A stretch of DNA of 64,000 nucleotides from Thermoplasmata archaeon (GCA_015063245.1 SUSV01000003.1:98751-162750), one strand, 5' to 3'. Counted from the first letter of the stretch, positions 19,363-29,494 are shown. Program-made: numbers and translations. The notes: generated by a model from the sequence alone, not told the origin.

Positions 19363-20520
19363 GTGATCCCCCTGACAGAAGAATCATGCCCCGACCCTTC
19401 TGGAAAACGCTACAAGTCCCTGGATGTATTCAAGGGATTGGCCATCTTCGGAGTGATCGTGACTCATCTCGCCATTCTTCAGGGAGACACAGGAGAGGGC
19501 GGTTCGTCGCCGTTCACCGAGCTGATGTATGCCGGACTGCCGATGTTCATGCTGGTCTCAGGTATGTTCTACCGTCCGGGAAGGACCTATCTGGAGAATC
19601 TCAGGAGGCGTGTCCTGCCGTTCGTGATACTGTTCGCGGTCGCCGTGGTCGGGATGACCTTGGTGGCCTATGCATACATGTGGGCCATCGGGTACGATCT
19701 GGCGCAGTATGATGTGCTCGAGGTCATCGGGAACGTCCTGGTATCCAAAGGGGCCCTGATCGACTGGACCAGTGCGGATTATGTTGCCGAGAGGGCCTTC
19801 AAGGCTCCGTTCGAGGTCACCATCCAGATGTACTATCTGCAGATCCTCGTGGGCGGATATCTCATATTCTTCCTCATCGCGGATCATGTTCTGCCCTCTC
19901 TCAAGAGGACGGTCACAGCGGTTCTCGCACTCCTGACCGTGACCGCGGTGTACTTCCATTTCGGGCACGTCCAGTTCCCGTTCAACCTTCAGCTGTCGGC
20001 ACTGGTGGCATCGTTCCTTCTCATCGGGGCGTATCTCGCCAGATGCGGGGTACCTGAATTCCTGGAGAATGTGAAGGATAGGAAGTTCTGGATCGTGTTC
20101 CTTTGCGTGGTCGTCGCAGCTGTGCTCAGCGCAGTATTCCTGCCGACGGGGACCAATATGGATTTCAACGATCTCGGAGACTTCGGATTCTTCTCCACAT
20201 ACACGTTCATGATAACCTCCCTTTCATGCGGTGCATTCATCCTCATGCTCGCGGCGGCCTTCGCCAAGATCCCGTATGTTTCGAGGATATTCGAGCTGAT
20301 GGGGAAGTACATCCTGCCCCTGTTCGTCCTCCACATGTTCGTCGGGAAGATCCTCATCGCACCATTTGTCGAGATAGGAACGGATAAATGGATCCCCCTA
20401 TCGTTTACCGAAGGCCTCGTACTGGCGCTGGTGACGATAGTGGTGATCTCGGCGGGAATGTTCCTGTACCACATGTATGTGAAGCCGAGGATCATGTCCA
20501 GGATCAAGAAGGGTGAATGA
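19363..20520 (+). CDS. Membrane acyltransferase (acyltransferase-3/OafA-like)
   Basis: RYKSLDVFKGLAIFGVIVTHL, MPMFMLVSG-like motif, about 10 TM segments, G(K)YILPLFVLH near C-terminus. Confidence 0.85.
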   Translation: MIPLTEESCPDPSGKRYKSLDVFKGLAIFGVIVTHLAILQGDTGEGGSSPFTELMYAGLPMFMLVSGMFYRPGRTYLENLRRRVLPFVILFAVAVVGMTLVAYAYMWAIGYDLAQYDVLEVIGNVLVSKGALIDWTSADYVAERAFKAPFEVTIQMYYLQILVGGYLIFFLIADHVLPSLKRTVTAVLALLTVTAVYFHFGHVQFPFNLQLSALVASFLLIGAYLARCGVPEFLENVKDRKFWIVFLCVVVAAVLSAVFLPTGTNMDFNDLGDFGFFSTYTFMITSLSCGAFILMLAAAFAKIPYVSRIFELMGKYILPLFVLHMFVGKILIAPFVEIGTDKWIPLSFTEGLVLALVTIVVISAGMFLYHMYVKPRIMSRIKKGE

Positions 20521-20539
20521 GAAGTTCTCAGAATGAAGG

Positions 20540-20555
20540 GAGGGGTCGCCCCCTC
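20540..20555. terminator. Hairpin between convergent acyltransferase and RPA operon
   Basis: GAGGGG/CCCCTC stem followed by TGTTTT. Confidence 0.45.
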
Positions 20556-20560
20556 TGTTT

Positions 20561-21466
20561 TCAAATGCGTTTGAGGTATCTGAGGTTGGGTTCGTAGACG
20601 AGGCCCTTGTCCATGAGCGAGTTGGAGACCTCTTCGAGCTCGATGCTGCTGATGCCTTCCGCCTCCGCCCTTCTCTCCAGCTCCTCCCTGGGAGCGCCCT
20701 TTCCGTCCGTGTCCAGCTCCTCCAGGAGATTGAGGATGATGTCCTCCAGCTGGGCCGCGTTGTTCTGGTTGGCACTATCTCCGGGCAGCTCGATCTCATC
20801 GGGGTCGTCCGACATGTCCTCGGGGAATCCGAGGTCGATGTCCCTCTCGGGGAGAAGCATCCTGAGCGCCGCCTGGATGGTCTTCAGGTACAGAGCGGAA
20901 TCGGGCATCTGACCGTAGTTGTCCAGGGCATATGTTATGCCGAAGGCCTCGACGGGGCTCATGCCCGCATCGATGAGGTCCTTTTCCGTCGCATCGCCCA
21001 TGCTGAGGACCTTCTTGGTGTCCTTGAGCCTCTTCCATGTGGATTTGGCCGTCTCGAGGATCCATTCGTTGCGGACCTTCTCATCGATCTTGACGATGTG
21101 CTCGGGCCTGACTGTGACGAACACCCTTCCGTCGTCTGTGGTATAGGATCTGACCCTGCCGACGGCGGCAACGAAACTGGGGGCGTCGATGTCCGCTATT
21201 GCGGATGACGCCTCCTGCTGGAATTTCCCGATGTTGATGAAGAAGCTGCCGGACACATCCTGTATCCTTCCTCTCCACATGGGCTCCTCCTCGGAACCGA
21301 CGTTCTCCTTCTCCGTCAGGACCCCTGCGATGAGGATCCTGTTGATCTTCGCACCCAGGGGTGTTACGATGTACGAGGGGGTCTTCTCCTCTGTGGCCTT
21401 GATCTCGAGCGTGGAGGAGTTGAGCTCTGTGGCGAACACCCTCCATGCGGTCTCTCTCGGGTTCAT
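20561..21466 (-). CDS. RPA small/associated subunit (OB fold plus C-terminal winged helix)
   Basis: MNPRETAWRVFATE, TPLGAKINRILIAGVLTE OB fold; C-terminal LMDKGLVYEP; ATGA overlap with rpa. The track ORF 20561..22429 is over-extended. Confidence 0.88.
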   Translation of the reverse strand: MNPRETAWRVFATELNSSTLEIKATEEKTPSYIVTPLGAKINRILIAGVLTEKENVGSEEEPMWRGRIQDVSGSFFINIGKFQQEASSAIADIDAPSFVAAVGRVRSYTTDDGRVFVTVRPEHIVKIDEKVRNEWILETAKSTWKRLKDTKKVLSMGDATEKDLIDAGMSPVEAFGITYALDNYGQMPDSALYLKTIQAALRMLLPERDIDLGFPEDMSDDPDEIELPGDSANQNNAAQLEDIILNLLEELDTDGKGAPREELERRAEAEGISSIELEEVSNSLMDKGLVYEPNLRYLKRI

Positions 21467-22785
21467 ATCGCCGCCTCCACTTCGTCGAGGAGTGCCGAGG
21501 CCTCTGCCTCCACATCCACGTTGACGGGCTGTGCCGATTTGACTATCATGCTCGGACCGTAGTCGTCGCTCATGACGTTTCCTGTTATCGTGATCCTCTT
21601 CATCAGGATCTTGCTGGTGATCTCCCTTCCGACCATCCCCTCGCCCTTGATGGCCGCGAGCCCCTGTGCGGCCTGGAGCGTCACTCCCGTGAGCTTCTCG
21701 GTATCCGCACGGTTTATGATGGCGCCGATGGCACCGGTGCCGTCGTCGAGCACGACCTTGAGCCTGAGGTCCATGATGCCTTCCACCATTCCGTGGGTGG
21801 TGCATGCCCCGTTCAGCATGGAACGGTTGCACTGCGGGCATCTCCTGATGATTCCGCTTCCCTGGCGGACATCCACGACGAGTCCCTCGAGCGTGACATC
21901 GAGCCCTCCTCCGATTCTTCCGATCTCCTCCACCGTCTTCCTGTTGTTGGAGGTGTCGATTACATCGGTCACCGCATCCACGCGGCTGACCTCGCATCTG
22001 TCGCCCATGTTGAGCTGCGGGATGCCCTTCCATGACCTTATGTACGCGTTGGCGATGCAGAGCGATTCGCCCTCCTTGATTCCGAAGTCGTTCCACGCGG
22101 AGAACTGAATCTTGCCTGTGTCGTCGGCGATGATTCCAGAGAACACCGTCTTCTGCTCTCCTTTTGCCGTTATCTGCCTGGCTTCGACCGAGATGACCTT
22201 CCCGGTCACGGTGACGTTGCCCATGCCGTCCTTGATCTTGCCGATCTTGATCTCCGTGGAAGATGCCGTTATCTGCCTTTCCGGGAGATCCAGCCGGATG
22301 CCGTCGGTCGGTTCGATCTTTCCGCGGTTCCCCAGGTTGATCTGAACCTTGTCGTTCCAGAGCTTGCAGTAGCAGTTCCTGAATGTGTAGACGGAACCCT
22401 TGGCAAGGACTGCCGCTCCGGGGTCCCATACTGTGAATGATGCGGTCCCCGTCTCGTCTCCGAGGATACCGGAGATGATCTTTTTCGGGAGCCCTTTTGC
22501 AGTGATTTCCCTCTCATCCACGAAGACTATCTTCGCGATGATGTCCACGTTCTGTTCCGTTCCGGTCAGCTCGGCGACCTTCTTCACGAGGCTGTTGCCC
22601 GTTACGAACGTGTTGGTCTCGGTACCGCCGTACTTCCTGATGATGCCCCTCTTGGCGGCATCGATGTTCACGTGGTACTCGTTGAGATACTTGTTGAGCT
22701 CTGCTTCCAGAGTTTCTTCGTCGACTTTTTCTCCGAGCACCCTTAGTAGTTCCTGAATATGGGGTGTTAGTTCCTCCTTTACCAT
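21463..22785 (-). CDS. rpa: Replication protein A large subunit (multi-OB, Zn finger)
   Basis: Repeated OB folds (GILGDETG, GIIADDTG, VLDDGTG), RRCPQCNR...CTTHG Zn finger; AAGGAG SD before ATG 22785. Confidence 0.9.
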   Translation of the reverse strand: MVKEELTPHIQELLRVLGEKVDEETLEAELNKYLNEYHVNIDAAKRGIIRKYGGTETNTFVTGNSLVKKVAELTGTEQNVDIIAKIVFVDEREITAKGLPKKIISGILGDETGTASFTVWDPGAAVLAKGSVYTFRNCYCKLWNDKVQINLGNRGKIEPTDGIRLDLPERQITASSTEIKIGKIKDGMGNVTVTGKVISVEARQITAKGEQKTVFSGIIADDTGKIQFSAWNDFGIKEGESLCIANAYIRSWKGIPQLNMGDRCEVSRVDAVTDVIDTSNNRKTVEEIGRIGGGLDVTLEGLVVDVRQGSGIIRRCPQCNRSMLNGACTTHGMVEGIMDLRLKVVLDDGTGAIGAIINRADTEKLTGVTLQAAQGLAAIKGEGMVGREITSKILMKRITITGNVMSDDYGPSMIVKSAQPVNVDVEAEASALLDEVEAAI

Positions 22786-22971
22786 ACTATCGACTCCTTC
22801 CTTTCGGTCGGTGAATCTCATATTCGGTCCACCCTATAAAATCGTAAGTAAGGGGTATCCGAAAGTGGCGAAAGTGGATCTTTCCAGTGATGCATCGGTC
22901 TTGCCGAACACCGTTCCAGAATGCTTTTTGGCTCGCCATATCTTTAAATCAAAGAATCCCATTGAACAGTA

Positions 22972-24045
22972 ATGGTACCCAAAAGCAAGATCGACGCAAT
23001 CCTGGACGAGTACGATCCCAAGGACATCACTATCGCAACGCTCTGCTCACATTCTTCTCTGCAGATTTTCCATGGCGCGAAGAAGCTCGGTTTCAAGACT
23101 CTGGGTCTGACCATTACACACAGCACCAAGTACTACGATGCGTTCCCTCTCGGGAAGCCCGATGAGATCATCAAGTACAAGGATTTCGACGACATGGAAT
23201 CCCGTGTCGACGAGCTGTACGACAGGAACGTCATCATCATCCCCCACGGATCATTCGTCGAGTACATGGGATCCGAGAGGTTCGGGGACTATCCCGTTCC
23301 CTCATACGGGAACCGCGAGGTGCTCAACTGGGAATCCAGCCGCGAGAAGCAGAGGGAGTGGATCACCGGCGCAGGGGTATCGATGCCTGAGATCATCAGC
23401 GATCCCAAGAGCATCGACAAGCCCGTCATGGTCAAGTACAACGGTGCCAAGGGAGGAAAGGGATACTTCATCGCGATGGACTACGCCGGTTTCAAGATGG
23501 CCGTGGATCCCGATGAATCCTACAACATCCAGGAATACTGCATGGGAACCAGGTACTACATGCATTTCTTCTACGATCCCCTCAAGAAGGACGGGTACAA
23601 ATGCGCCCAGGGAGGTTCCCTGGAGCTGATGTCCATGGACCGTAGGGACGAATCCAACATCGATGAGTTGTATAAGCTCGGAAACATCGACGACCTGAAG
23701 AGGGTCGGGATGTATCCTTCGTTCGTCGTCACCGGCAACACCCCGGTCGTCCTCAGGGAATCGCTGCTCCCCAAAGCATTCGATATGGCCGAGAAGGTCG
23801 TAGACAAATCCTACGAGCTCTTCGGAGGGATGTGGGGCCCGTTCTGTCTGGAGACGGTCGTCAACGACAAGCTCCAGTTCAAGACATTCGAGATCTCCAC
23901 CAGGATCGTCGCGGGAACCAACCCGTTCATCTCCGGCTCACCCTATGCGGACCTCATCTACCCCGGGATCAGCACCGGTGCGAGGATGGCGATGCACATC
24001 AAGGATGCCGCCGAGAACGGTACTCTGAAAGAGATCGTGTCCTGA
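22972..24045 (+). CDS. purP: Formate-dependent AICAR transformylase PurP (ATP-grasp)
   Basis: TIATLCSHSSLQI, PHGSFVEY, GAKGGKGY, GNTPVVLRESLL, FEISTRIVAGTN. Confidence 0.92.
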   Translation: MVPKSKIDAILDEYDPKDITIATLCSHSSLQIFHGAKKLGFKTLGLTITHSTKYYDAFPLGKPDEIIKYKDFDDMESRVDELYDRNVIIIPHGSFVEYMGSERFGDYPVPSYGNREVLNWESSREKQREWITGAGVSMPEIISDPKSIDKPVMVKYNGAKGGKGYFIAMDYAGFKMAVDPDESYNIQEYCMGTRYYMHFFYDPLKKDGYKCAQGGSLELMSMDRRDESNIDELYKLGNIDDLKRVGMYPSFVVTGNTPVVLRESLLPKAFDMAEKVVDKSYELFGGMWGPFCLETVVNDKLQFKTFEISTRIVAGTNPFISGSPYADLIYPGISTGARMAMHIKDAAENGTLKEIVS

Positions 24046-24081
24046 TTTACACGGACATTTACACGGACATTTACACGGACA
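24045..24081. repeat. Perfect 12-nt tandem repeat x3 (ATTTACACGGAC)
   Basis: Units at 24045-56, 24057-68, 24069-80, between purP stop and Fic stop. Confidence 0.95.
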
Positions 24082-24088
24082 GTATGGA

Positions 24089-25045
24089 TTATTGTTCCCT
24101 GACAATCCATCTTCCGGTTTTATCGGAACCTTCTCTGACAATCAACCCTTGTTCTTTGAGGGATGCGATATGGCGTCTGATGGTTTTTTCAGATAACCCC
24201 ATCTCTTCAGCGACGGCACTGGTATTCGTATATTCTCCTTTGGCGATTTTTTCCAGTATGATGTCATCCAAAGATTGATCCGGGACACTAATTTCACACA
24301 AGGTGTCCTTGATGGCCTCAAGCATGAATTCAATGAACGGGGATGTATCGTTTAAGTCGGTAGCAGCCTTTATTGCAGAGTAATAATCCTTCTGTCTGTC
24401 TCTGATTATGGATTCGACAGGTATCCATTCGAATGCAGGATTCCATTTTGAAAGGATTAAAGTCTGCCATAACCTGCCTGTTCTCCCATTCCCATCGCTG
24501 AATGGATGGATGAACTCAAATTCATGATGGAATACACAGCTGACTATCAATGGATGGTGATCCGTTTTCTCTGACCATTCGAGTAGTTCTTCGATGAACC
24601 TAGGTACATAATCCGGGTGAGGACCATAGTGTATAATCTCTTTGGTCAGGCTGTTGACCACATTGACCCCGTTTTCACGGAAACTTCCAGCATCCGGGAC
24701 TAAACCCCTCATCATGATACCATGAAGTTTTAGGAGGTCCTGGATAGAATACGGGTTCATTTTTTCAATCAAGTCATAGGCTTCGATGGCATTCTGGACC
24801 TCTAAGATGTCACGTTTGGGTCCCATTACGATTTTTCCATCGATGATAGCTGAAACATCATTTTCAGTGAGGGAATTGGCCTCAATCTCCAAAGATGATT
24901 GGATGGATTTGACCCTGTTTTTTCTTCTCAATTTGAGGTCCATACGGTCAATTTGGGGGCTGAGTTTAGTGACCAGTGAAGATATCTCCGATACGAGATT
25001 GATGCTTTTTGCCGAGATGGTAAAAGTAGGCTGGTAACCGCACAT
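24089..25045 (-). CDS. Fic-domain protein with C-terminal winged helix
   Basis: HPFSDGNGRTGR Fic motif, SSLEIEAN inhibitory-helix-like motif, C-terminal TIRRHIASLKEQGLIVREGSDKTGRW; AT-rich; ATG 25045. Confidence 0.93.
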   Translation of the reverse strand: MCGYQPTFTISAKSINLVSEISSLVTKLSPQIDRMDLKLRRKNRVKSIQSSLEIEANSLTENDVSAIIDGKIVMGPKRDILEVQNAIEAYDLIEKMNPYSIQDLLKLHGIMMRGLVPDAGSFRENGVNVVNSLTKEIIHYGPHPDYVPRFIEELLEWSEKTDHHPLIVSCVFHHEFEFIHPFSDGNGRTGRLWQTLILSKWNPAFEWIPVESIIRDRQKDYYSAIKAATDLNDTSPFIEFMLEAIKDTLCEISVPDQSLDDIILEKIAKGEYTNTSAVAEEMGLSEKTIRRHIASLKEQGLIVREGSDKTGRWIVREQ

Positions 25046-25150
25046 GCTTTCCCTCTGTTCCCGTATGCTTTCTAGCCATTTAATGCATCCGTGCTCGAAA
25101 CTATTATTATAACTCCAGCAGATGCGCGCTCTAACCAAGGGGTTACAAGG

Positions 25151-26305
25151 ATGGTATCACAGAGGCTTCAGACTATTCCCGCATCGGGTACAATCGCGAT
25201 TTCGAATCTTGTCAGCCAGATGAAGGCTGAGGGAGTGGACATCGTCTCATTCTCAATGGGAGAACCGGACTTCACCACACCTTCGAACATCATCGAGGCG
25301 GCATGCGATTCCCTGCACGCAGGCTTCACGCACTACACACCGTCCACCGGAATCCCGGAGCTCAGGAAGGCCATCGCCGATTACACCAGGAAGAACGACA
25401 ACGTTCCCTGCGATGCATCCAATGTTCTGGTCACCCCTACGAAGCAGGCCATCTTTATGACCTGCCTCGCCTACATCGACCCCGGCGACGAGGTCATCCT
25501 TCCCGACCCATCATGGGTGTCCTACGAGGCATGCGTGCGTCTCGCCGGAGGCGTTCCCGTGTACATACCCACAAGGTTCGAGGACAACTTCGTCGTGGAC
25601 CCCGCCCTCATCGAGGCCGCCATCACCCCCAGGACCAAGATGATCATCCTCAACACTCCTACGAATCCGACAGGATGCGTCATCCCGGCAGACAAGATGA
25701 AGCAGATAGCGGACATCGCCATGGCGCACAACATCAAGGTGATGTCAGACGAGATCTACAGCGCCATCATCTATGAGGGAAAGCATGTATCCATGGCATC
25801 ATTCCCGGGAATGTTCGAGAACACGATTCTGATCTCCGGGCTGTCCAAGACCTTCGCCATGACCGGCTGGAGGATCGGATGGGCTATCGCCCCTGCAGAG
25901 GACATCAAGAACATCAACAAGCTCCAGTCCCATTCCATCTCATGCTGCACATCCTTCGCCCAGAAGGCCGCCGTCGAGGCGCTCACCGGACCTCAGGATT
26001 CCAAGTTCAAGATGGTCGAGGCATTCAGAAAGAGAAGGGATCTGGCACTCGACCTCATCAGGGACATCCCCGGCATGGAGTGCAACACCCCGCAGGGCGC
26101 ATTCTATCTGTTCCCCAAGTACAACAAGGACCTCCCCTCCGCCAAGATCGCGGAGATCCTCCTCAAGGAAGGGCATGTCGCTGTCACCCCCGGAACGGCA
26201 TTCGGACCATGCGGAGAGGGCTTCTTCAGGATCTCCTATGCGACCAGCGAGGAGCAGATCCAAGAGGGAATCGCAAGGATCAGGAAGACCCTGTCCACCC
26301 TCTGA
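25151..26305 (+). CDS. Class I/II PLP aminotransferase (aspartate aminotransferase-like)
   Basis: MGEPDF, NTPTNPTG, SDEIY, SGLSKTFAMTGWRIG, PQGAFY; ATG 25151. Confidence 0.93.
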   Translation: MVSQRLQTIPASGTIAISNLVSQMKAEGVDIVSFSMGEPDFTTPSNIIEAACDSLHAGFTHYTPSTGIPELRKAIADYTRKNDNVPCDASNVLVTPTKQAIFMTCLAYIDPGDEVILPDPSWVSYEACVRLAGGVPVYIPTRFEDNFVVDPALIEAAITPRTKMIILNTPTNPTGCVIPADKMKQIADIAMAHNIKVMSDEIYSAIIYEGKHVSMASFPGMFENTILISGLSKTFAMTGWRIGWAIAPAEDIKNINKLQSHSISCCTSFAQKAAVEALTGPQDSKFKMVEAFRKRRDLALDLIRDIPGMECNTPQGAFYLFPKYNKDLPSAKIAEILLKEGHVAVTPGTAFGPCGEGFFRISYATSEEQIQEGIARIRKTLSTL

Positions 26306-26439
26306 TCCGAACGGAACACATCGATACAGAGTCCTAACAGCGTTAGCGCTATGCACTCTCTTGCGCGTGCGTGCGTGCCTGTTTTATAGGATGGTCAGGT
26401 TACACAGTCAATGTCGCTTACGCGATCGAGGGATTAAAC

Positions 26440-27504
26440 TTGAGTAAGACGTTGTTTACAGTCGGCCCCGTACATGTGGAGGCCGCCACTCTCCAAGCTA
26501 TGACTAAACCCATGATAACGCACCGCTGCAAGGAGTACAAGGAGCTCCATGCCGGAATCGTGGAGAAGATCCAGAAGGCCTTGAACACGGACATGGACGT
26601 CTTCCTCGTCGGAGGATCCGCGACCGTCATGCTCGAGGCAGCGATCAGGAACGGAGTGGCCAACAACAGTCTCGGAATCACGAACGGTTCCTTCGGAAAC
26701 AGGTCCATCGAGCTCGGAGAGCTCAACGGCAAGAACGTGACCAAGGTCCAGGTCCCCTGGGGAAAGGCAATGAAGCCCGAGGACATCGCCGGAAAGGTCA
26801 CGAAGGACATTGAGGCGGTACATTGGGTCAGCAACGAATCCTCCACGGGAGTCTTCAGCGACTCATGCGCGATCGCAAAGGAAGTCAGGGCACAGAATCC
26901 CGATTCCCTCGTCATGATCGATGCCGTCACATCCGCATTCGCAATGGACCTCAAGATCAAGGAGCTCGACCCCGATTCCCTCGTCTTCGGAACTCAGAAG
27001 GCCCTCGCTCTGCCCCCCGGACTCGCCATCATGCTCTGTTCGGAGAGGCTGCTCGAGAAGGCGAAGACGGTCCCCAACCGCGGATTCTACGGCGACCTGC
27101 TCAAGATCAAGAAGCAGGCGGATGTGGACTACGCGCTCACAACACCTCCCGTATCCCTCATGTACGCACTGGACTACCAGCTCGACAAGGCGCTCGCCGA
27201 GGGAATGCAGAAGAGGTACGCAAGGCACCAGGAGATGGCCGACATGGTCAGGAACTGGGCCGACAAGAAGCTCAACGGAGTCTTCCCCGAGAAGGGATAC
27301 CAGTCCAACTCGATCGGTGTCCTCAACAAGGGCGACATGGACTTCGACGCTTTCAATTCAAAGCTCAAGGCCAAAGGATACGAGATCTCCAATGGTTACG
27401 GCGATGTCAAAGAGAAGACATTCAGGATCGGACACATGGGTGACACGACGCCCGAGATGATCAAACAGCTGCTGTCCGCCATGGATGAGATTCTGGAGGA
27501 ATGA
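26440..27504 (+). CDS. Class V PLP aminotransferase (probable phosphoserine/serine-pyruvate aminotransferase)
   Basis: TLFTVGP, NESSTGV, IDAVTS, GTQKALALPPG (PLP Lys), FRIGHMG; TTG 26440 after GAGGGA; coupled to serA. Confidence 0.88.
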   Translation: MSKTLFTVGPVHVEAATLQAMTKPMITHRCKEYKELHAGIVEKIQKALNTDMDVFLVGGSATVMLEAAIRNGVANNSLGITNGSFGNRSIELGELNGKNVTKVQVPWGKAMKPEDIAGKVTKDIEAVHWVSNESSTGVFSDSCAIAKEVRAQNPDSLVMIDAVTSAFAMDLKIKELDPDSLVFGTQKALALPPGLAIMLCSERLLEKAKTVPNRGFYGDLLKIKKQADVDYALTTPPVSLMYALDYQLDKALAEGMQKRYARHQEMADMVRNWADKKLNGVFPEKGYQSNSIGVLNKGDMDFDAFNSKLKAKGYEISNGYGDVKEKTFRIGHMGDTTPEMIKQLLSAMDEILEE

Positions 27505-29090
27505 AGATGACAACAAAGATTCTGGTGTCTGACCCCCTGGATGCAGAGGGTCTCGAGATCCTCAGGAATTCCGGTTTCCCCGTAGATGAGGTCTCCGGAC
27601 TCACAGAGGACGAGCTTTGCGAGAAGATCGGCGACTATGATGCATTGATCATCAGGTCCGGTACCAAGGTGACCAAGAAGGTCATCGATGCAGGTACCAA
27701 ACTCCGCGTCATCGGACGTGCGGGAGTAGGAGTGGACAACATCGATGTCCCCTACGCGACATCGAAGGGAATCCTCGTCATGAACACCCCCTCCGCGAAC
27801 ATCCTGTCCGCGGCGGAGCACTCATGCGCGATGCTCCTCGCAGTGGCAAGGAACATCCCCTTCGCACACGAGTCCATGCACAAGGGCGAGTGGAAGAGGT
27901 CCAAGTACACCGGCGTCGAGCTCAACGGAAAGGTCCTCGGTATCATCGGAGTCGGACGTGTCGGAGGAGAGGTCGCCAAGCGTATGAAGGCATTCAACAT
28001 GACCATGATCGGATACGATCCCTTCCTCCCCAAGGAGGTCGCGGACTCGCTCGGAGTCAGGCTCACCACACTGGATGAGGTCATCTCCACCGCCGATTTC
28101 ATGACCATCCACACACCCCTCCTTCCTGAGACAAGGAACATGATCTCCATGCCCCAGTTCAAGATGATGAAGCCCAACGCGAGAATCGCGAACGTGGCCC
28201 GCGGAGGAATCGTCAACGAGGACGACCTCTACACAGCACTGAAGGAGAAGATCATCGCAGGAGCAGCATTCGACGTATGGTGCAACGAGCCCCTGTCGGA
28301 GGAAGAGAAGAAGCTCCTCGAGCTCGACAACCTGGTCACCACTCCCCACCTCGGAGCATCCACGGTCGAGGCGCAGGAGAGGGTCGCCATAGAGGTCGCA
28401 GAGCACGCGGTCATGTTCCTCAAGGACGGGATCGTCTCCAACGCCATCAACGCACCCCGCGGAACCCTCGATGCGGAGACCGAGCCCTACATGCCCCTCG
28501 TGAAGGGAATGGGAAAGATGATCAAGCAGATCGTCGGCAACAACCCCCTCAACAAGCTCGAGATCTCATACTGCGGCAACCTCGCCAAGAAGCAGACCAA
28601 GCTCCTGACCGTCACAACGGTCATCGGATACCTCGAGGGAGTCATCGGATCGGCGAACCTGATCAATGCCCTCCCCGTAGCGAAGTCCAAGGGAATCGAG
28701 ATCTTCGAGTCCAGCAACGACATCGCGAAGGATTATGCAAGTTACGTTGACATCAAGTTCACATACAACGGCATCACACGCTCGCTGAAGGGAACTGTCA
28801 TCGGAGGAACCCCCAGGATCCTCAGCATCGACGAGTACGCCACAGAGGTCGCACTCGCCGACAGGATGATCATCCTCAGGTACAAGGACACCCCCGGAGT
28901 CATCGGAGGTGTGGGTGTAGCGCTCGGAGAGGCGGGAATCAACATCGCCCACATGTCCGTAGGAAGGGCCGCCGGAAAGGCCACGATGTTCCTCACCGTG
29001 GACCAGAAGGTCCCCGAGGACGTCCAGAAGGCCATCGCCTCCAAGGTCCCCGAGGTCGAAGAGATCAACTACATCGAGCTCGAGCAGTGA
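27501..29090 (+). CDS. serA: D-3-phosphoglycerate dehydrogenase (type I, ASB plus ACT domains)
   Basis: GRAGVGVDNID, GIIGVGRVG, NVARGG, TPHLGASTVEAQ, DTPGVIG...INIAHM ACT. Confidence 0.95.
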   Translation: MKMTTKILVSDPLDAEGLEILRNSGFPVDEVSGLTEDELCEKIGDYDALIIRSGTKVTKKVIDAGTKLRVIGRAGVGVDNIDVPYATSKGILVMNTPSANILSAAEHSCAMLLAVARNIPFAHESMHKGEWKRSKYTGVELNGKVLGIIGVGRVGGEVAKRMKAFNMTMIGYDPFLPKEVADSLGVRLTTLDEVISTADFMTIHTPLLPETRNMISMPQFKMMKPNARIANVARGGIVNEDDLYTALKEKIIAGAAFDVWCNEPLSEEEKKLLELDNLVTTPHLGASTVEAQERVAIEVAEHAVMFLKDGIVSNAINAPRGTLDAETEPYMPLVKGMGKMIKQIVGNNPLNKLEISYCGNLAKKQTKLLTVTTVIGYLEGVIGSANLINALPVAKSKGIEIFESSNDIAKDYASYVDIKFTYNGITRSLKGTVIGGTPRILSIDEYATEVALADRMIILRYKDTPGVIGGVGVALGEAGINIAHMSVGRAAGKATMFLTVDQKVPEDVQKAIASKVPEVEEINYIELEQ

Positions 29091-29094
29091 TATC

Positions 29095-29490
29095 ATGGGA
29101 ATCGTCACAGTTGATGATCTGACCCAGGCGATCAAGAACAGCATCGACGACTCTCACGCTATGGTGGAGGAGCAGGCCTACGAGCTCGCCCACCATGTGC
29201 TGAACTTCTTCGGCTATTCCGACAGGATCATCGATAACGTCCTCGAACCGGAGGACCGTGATGCTTTCTATATGCTGGAGGATGCTGGCATCCTCACCAC
29301 CGAGAGGGAGGAGACCACCCTCTACGACGGAAGGGAGTGGAGGATACACTACTGGCTGTTCAAGAGGGACAAGATCGCCGACCTCATGGTCAACTCCAGG
29401 AGGAAGACGACCGAGGACAGCGAGGACGAATTCTCCTACTCGGACCTGCCGGATGATATCTGGCAGAGAGGCGGCGAAGAAGCCGCATAA
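29095..29490 (+). CDS. Conserved hypothetical protein (DUF6015-like)
   Basis: LNFFGYSDRIIDNVLEPEDRDAFYMLED...EWRIHYW; family label from recall. Confidence 0.7.
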   Translation: MGIVTVDDLTQAIKNSIDDSHAMVEEQAYELAHHVLNFFGYSDRIIDNVLEPEDRDAFYMLEDAGILTTEREETTLYDGREWRIHYWLFKRDKIADLMVNSRRKTTEDSEDEFSYSDLPDDIWQRGGEEAA

Positions 29491-29494
29491 AACC

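Noticed and set aside
20561-22429. 622-aa ORF
   Set aside because: The N-terminal half is a shadow frame of rpa; the real gene starts at ATG 21466 with an ATGA overlap
6980-22785. Inteins in Cdc48, PAN or RPA
   Set aside because: Lengths are normal, with no insertion or His-Asn/Cys splice junctions
22861-22877. GAAAGTGG direct repeat in the rpa/purP divergent region
   Set aside because: Only two 8-mers, with no second occurrence at other pur promoters
24045-24081. Possible CRISPR array
   Set aside because: 12-nt units are directly adjacent with no spacers, and no cas genes are present
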